NCBI GenBank assembly: GCA_965217775.1 | Contig: CBDCJH010000002.1 | Location: forward strand, 1,600,001-1,664,000 | Reading direction: 5' to 3' | DNA: 64,000 bases | DNA from: Acidobacteriota bacterium | GTDB lineage: Bacteria; Acidobacteriota; UBA6911; RPQK01; JAJDTT01 | Shown here: positions 59,976 to 64,000 of the stretch, piece after piece | Layout of the letters: each line of letters starts with the position of its first letter | Numbering within the stretch: the first letter of the stretch is position 1 | The notes under the pieces: model-generated | What the model was told of the DNA's origin: nothing | The model's input: only the letters and a program-made list of their open reading frames with translations | The model's database searches: none | Program-made: the position numbers and the translations under genes

Positions 59976-61718
59976 ATGAGTCTCACGCGAAGGGAAGCCC
60001 TTGCCGCCATGATCGGCGGAGCGGCCGGGTGGGCCGCCGGTTGCGGAGCCGGCGAGACCCCCGTCCCGTCCCAAGCCAAGCTGGACCGGCTGGAAGCTGT
60101 TCGCCGGCGGCGGCGAATCATCTTCGTGGACGACAACTACGGTCTCTCCCACGCAGGAAGCGACACACCCGAGGGATTCCTGGCACCCCGGCTCAAGCCT
60201 CTGATCGGAACCCAGGTCGACGCCATCACCTACGCCGTCTACGCCCACAGTCCGGCCTACATCAGCAAGACTCGTCGCAGGCTCTACGCCGCAGCCGGAG
60301 GGACCTCGGTCACCGACCAGGCCTGGGCCCAAAACCACAAGGCGCTGGTGGACTCGGGAAACGACCCGTTGCGGCTGGTCGTCGACTTCGCCCACGAGAA
60401 TGGGATGGAAGCCTTCGCCCACATGAGCATGAACGACTGCCACGACAGCATCATGAGAAACCTCATGCACCCCTTCAAGAGCCAGCATCCGGAGCTGCTG
60501 GTGGACTCGCAGGGGACCCTCTCGAATCTGCAGTTGTACGTGACCGCCTACGACTTCTCCCACCAAGCCGCCCGGGACCGCCAGTTCACCATCGTCCGGG
60601 AGGTCTGTGAGGGGTTCGACGTGGATGGCTTCGAGATGGACTACATCCGCCACCCCATGTTTTTCAGCCGCTGCATGCGCGGCGAGCCGGCGACTCCGGA
60701 AGAAACGGCGATCATGACCGGCTTCATGGCCCGGATTCGAAAGATGGCCGATGCCGCCGCCGCTCGTCGAGGAAGACCCCTGCTGCTGTCGGCCCGGGTC
60801 CCCGATACTTTCGGGCAGGCGATTCATCTGGGCATGGATGTGGAGGCCTGGATGGCACAGGACCTGGTGGACCTGATTATCGCCGGCGGCGGCTACGCCT
60901 CCAGCACCTTGGATGTCGAGCACTTCGTCCAAACGGCCCATGAACACGACGTGCGGGTCTACCCCTGCATCAACCAGAAGCCCTGGAGCTGCGACCCGGC
61001 CTGGTGCCGGGAAGGGAACCGGGCGCTGGCGGCCCGCTGGCACCGGACCGGCGCCGACGGCATCCATTTCTGGAATCTGGCGACGCCGTTCGATCCCTAC
61101 TCCGCGGACACCCCGGAGGAGCTCGCCACGATCCGAAAGCGGGTCTATGCCTGTCTGAACGACGTGGGCGAGGCCGGGACGCTGGAAGGCGAGGACAAGC
61201 TCTACTGTGTAGACAGCTCGGTGTTCATCCACTACAAGCACGTTACGGTCGAGCCCCCTCTCCCGCTGCACCTGACGCCCGGTCGCAGAGCGAGTTTTCC
61301 GCTACCGCTGGGAGACGACGTCCAGGCCGCAGCTATTAACGGCACTCTTCAGGAACTACGGCTGGAACTAACGGTGCACGGGCACCTGCAGGAAGGCGGG
61401 TTGGAGCTGACCGTCAACGGGGAATCTGCGGGATCAGGAGACGCGGTCCGGATCGGCTACGCTCATACCCACGAGCATCGCCACGAAGCGGACGGAAATG
61501 TATCTCCCCACAGCCACTATCACTTCCAGGCTCACCAGGTGACCTATCTCCTGGACGCCCAACCGCTGAACCTGGGGGACAACGAACTGGAGTTGCTGGT
61601 CGCGTCCAGCAGCGATCCATTCAAGACCGGGGGTCCGCTCCAAGTCGTGAATGCCCAGCTCTGGGTGCGATTTTCCAATAGTACTTCTGTCAACAGCACC
61701 GTTGAGAGAAGTGGATGA
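59976..61718 (+). CDS. Tat-exported TIM-barrel glycoside hydrolase-like protein (GHL10-like)
   Basis: LTRREAL Tat signal, DFAHENGMEAF..MSMNDCHD, FDVDGFEMDYIRHP, GADGIHFWN. Confidence 0.75.
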   Translation: MSLTRREALAAMIGGAAGWAAGCGAGETPVPSQAKLDRLEAVRRRRRIIFVDDNYGLSHAGSDTPEGFLAPRLKPLIGTQVDAITYAVYAHSPAYISKTRRRLYAAAGGTSVTDQAWAQNHKALVDSGNDPLRLVVDFAHENGMEAFAHMSMNDCHDSIMRNLMHPFKSQHPELLVDSQGTLSNLQLYVTAYDFSHQAARDRQFTIVREVCEGFDVDGFEMDYIRHPMFFSRCMRGEPATPEETAIMTGFMARIRKMADAAAARRGRPLLLSARVPDTFGQAIHLGMDVEAWMAQDLVDLIIAGGGYASSTLDVEHFVQTAHEHDVRVYPCINQKPWSCDPAWCREGNRALAARWHRTGADGIHFWNLATPFDPYSADTPEELATIRKRVYACLNDVGEAGTLEGEDKLYCVDSSVFIHYKHVTVEPPLPLHLTPGRRASFPLPLGDDVQAAAINGTLQELRLELTVHGHLQEGGLELTVNGESAGSGDAVRIGYAHTHEHRHEADGNVSPHSHYHFQAHQVTYLLDAQPLNLGDNELELLVASSSDPFKTGGPLQVVNAQLWVRFSNSTSVNSTVERSG

Positions 61719-62533
61719 TCATAGAATTACCCCAATAGCTGGAAGACCTCCGACACGCGGAAGTCGTTCAGCAAGTTCGCGACGATCCCCGATCCGTCTG
61801 CGGAACGGTGCTCGGTGTCTCCTTCGATGTCGCACGAAGTGAGGCTGTGGGTGGAGGACAGGCAAACTTCGATGAACCTTGGCGTGATCTCACCCCGGAT
61901 GACCGCGTCCTCCTCTACGCCTATTGCATCCAGAAGGGGCATTTGGAGGAACTTTCGGCGGCGTTCCGCAGGCTGTTCGCCAATAAACCCGTGGACGCGT
62001 CCATCGTTGTGGACTTGGGGTGCGGCCCGTGTACGGGTGGTCTCGCCATCGCCAACGAGCTAGGAGATCAGCCCCGTTTCGACTACATCGGCGTGGACCG
62101 ATCAATCGCGATGCGCAAGCTCGGCGAACGACTGGCAGCCGCTACGACCCAGATGGACAACGTTCGATGCCAGTGGGCAGGAGACATCGCCTCTGTATGC
62201 TGGCAACCGGCGCCCGGATGGCGACCCGTAATCGTCATTGTCTCCTACCTTCTCGCGAGTCCGACTCTGGACGTGACGATTCTCGTAGAGCAACTCGACT
62301 GCCTGCTGGCGAGGTTTGGCCGCGGTCCCGTGACGGTTCTGTACACAAACTCAGTGCAGACTGACGCCAATCGTAACTTTCCAATATTCAATGAAGAGCT
62401 GCATCGAATTGGCTTGATGTCGTCTGTTGACGACACCGGAACGATCAAGATCGAGAGATCGAGTGGCGTAACGGATCGCGCGCTCCGATATGCGCTGTTC
62501 CATCGCCCGTCGCGACGCACTCTTGCGCTCTGA
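61715..62533 (+). CDS. SAM-dependent methyltransferase-like protein with an in-frame TAG at codon 8 (or a GTG start at 61808)
   Basis: VVDLGCGPCTG motif I, YIGVDRS; ATG at 61715 overlaps the previous stop (ATGA); TAG at 61736-38. Confidence 0.7.
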
Positions 62534-62541
62534 GATTAGAC

Positions 62542-63648
62542 GTGCGGCTGCCCACGTACGAGGAACTTGCCCGTGTGGCGGAACAACTTGAAGTCTTGGA
62601 GCATCCACTCGACAAATCACTTTTCGTCGCCGGGCCACCGGGATCGGGCAAAACGGTGCTGGCGGTGCAGCGTGCAGATATGGCGTCGGAGTGGACAGAA
62701 GATGAGTCCGTTTTGATCGTCACCTACAACCGAATGCTTCGACGACTGCTGTATTTGCTGAACGAAGGGGCGGTGGATACACGGACCATGCACAGCTTCG
62801 TTTGGGCGGACTATCAAAGGCGGACTGGAATGCCTGTGCCAACAGAGCCAAATGACTCCTATGCCTACATGTGGACTGAGATGCTTGCTCGCCTTCGGCA
62901 AGCTTGGGTCGTTCCAGACAGTTCACATTTGGTGGTGGACGAGGGGCAAGACCTGCCGAAAGGATTCTTCGCATACGTCTCACACCACGTCGCCCGGGCA
63001 CTCACTGTCTTCGCAGATGACGATCAGGCGCTGAGCCGACAACGTACGACTCTTGAACAGATCAAGCGAGCAGCAAACCTGGACGATCCAATCATCCTCA
63101 AGCGAAATCACCGGAACACGCCGGAGGTGGCCGCTGTGGCGGAGCACTTCCACAGCGGGCGTCTGCCTACCGCAGAAGTCACTCGCGAGTCTAACGGCGA
63201 GTTACCGCGCCTGATCCGATCAAGAAACATCGACTACACGGCCGCTCTCGTGTCGAATTGGCGACAAACGAGAGGTGGTGCCATTGGCGTAGTCGTCTAC
63301 AGCAATCAGCAAACAGGCGTAGAATTGCACCGAAAGCTCAAGGAACGGCTGCCGGAATCGCGGGTCGACATCTACCAGCATGACGAAAAAAACGAGGATT
63401 CGACGAACGTCTTGACGGACGGCGTAACGGTGTTGAATAAGAAGTCGGTCAAAGGCCAAGAGTTCGACGCGTTGTTCATTCTCGAACTCCGACGCTTCAT
63501 TCCGTGCACGAACGACGCGGAACGCAGGGCGATGTACATGATGTGCTCTCGCGCTCGCGACAACCTGTTTCTCGTGTACGGGCCCGAAAACCTCTCAGCC
63601 CGAGCTTGGCAAGCGCTACCCGGCCCGGAGATCTTGGAACGACAATGA
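62542..63648 (+). CDS. Compact SF1 UvrD/Rep-like helicase/ATPase
   Basis: GPPGSGKT, VTYNRML, VVDEGQD, FADDDQ, RNHRNT, SVKGQEFD, YMMCSRAR. Confidence 0.88.
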   Translation: MRLPTYEELARVAEQLEVLEHPLDKSLFVAGPPGSGKTVLAVQRADMASEWTEDESVLIVTYNRMLRRLLYLLNEGAVDTRTMHSFVWADYQRRTGMPVPTEPNDSYAYMWTEMLARLRQAWVVPDSSHLVVDEGQDLPKGFFAYVSHHVARALTVFADDDQALSRQRTTLEQIKRAANLDDPIILKRNHRNTPEVAAVAEHFHSGRLPTAEVTRESNGELPRLIRSRNIDYTAALVSNWRQTRGGAIGVVVYSNQQTGVELHRKLKERLPESRVDIYQHDEKNEDSTNVLTDGVTVLNKKSVKGQEFDALFILELRRFIPCTNDAERRAMYMMCSRARDNLFLVYGPENLSARAWQALPGPEILERQ

Positions 63649-64000
63649 CGAACACCGGTGGCCAGCAGGCTTTGTTTTCGGGTAAGTCCGGCAGGGGAGA
63701 TGTTTCTCGGAGCGACCCTGGTCCAGCAGAGGGTTGTTGGCTGGGGCTGAACACGAACCAACGTCGATTGTTCTCCGCCCTTCAAGACGGTTGGCTCCGC
63801 CCGCTGCCGCCGAATGCCGGCATGCTGCTTGGCGCCGGAACCTTTGTCCCGGAACAATGTGATGGTGGGAAGCAGCCTATCTCGGTTCGTGTGAAGTTCG
63901 ACGTACGGAAGCTGCCGAGACTGGATGCTCTCGCCTTCGGGGACAAACGGTGGGTGCGTTGGGACCCAAATGAAGTCGAACTGACCGATTTCAGCGCGTT
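63645..64000 (+). CDS. Hypothetical protein, 3' truncated by window (not in the ORF track)
   Basis: ATGA overlap with the helicase stop; open to the window end (MTNTGGQQALF…WLGLNTNQRRLFSALQDGWLRP…). Confidence 0.7.
   Translation, partial: MTNTGGQQALFSGKSGRGDVSRSDPGPAEGCWLGLNTNQRRLFSALQDGWLRPLPPNAGMLLGAGTFVPEQCDGGKQPISVRVKFDVRKLPRLDALAFGDKRWVRWDPNEVELTDFSA

Noticed and set aside
508-61271. Long antisense and alternate-frame ORFs (e.g. 508..1869, 2581..4785, 13648..15477, 34268..35890, 37898..39673, 41068..42804, 51750..53600, 59409..61271)
   Set aside because: Shadows of real high-GC genes, with no recognisable motifs
1-64000. tRNA or rRNA genes
   Set aside because: No cloverleaf or rRNA signature recognised by eye; tRNAscan-SE and Infernal would be needed to exclude them

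Overview
GC-rich (~64%) bacterial window, most likely an Acidobacteriota chromosome. This is an inference from the GWxTD protein, the Oar-like TonB receptor and the TPR + CRTAC1/ASPIC pair. Most of it encodes secreted or periplasmic hydrolases (three CocE/NonD, sialidase/BNR and beta-propeller proteins, FG-GAP proteins, PhoX), a hydantoinase/oxoprolinase pair, transporters, two GT4 glycosyltransferases and an octaheme cytochrome. The most informative signal is a nested mobile-element system. A 158-bp MITE occurs six times, each copy with a 4-bp target-site duplication; its net insertion is 162 bp (54 codons), it is stop-free in all three frames on one strand, and one copy sits in-frame in a HigB toxin. 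Another copy is split at a duplicated CT core by an IS110 element, whose non-coding end carries a readable bridge RNA with guides matching both its own ends and the MITE centre. A second, different MITE interrupts the same TPR-lipoprotein gene. The window ends in a lower-GC, tightly coupled operon (methyltransferase-like gene with an in-frame TAG, small UvrD-like helicase, truncated unknown gene) that is a candidate defence system. All product calls come from motif recognition by eye, not database searches.
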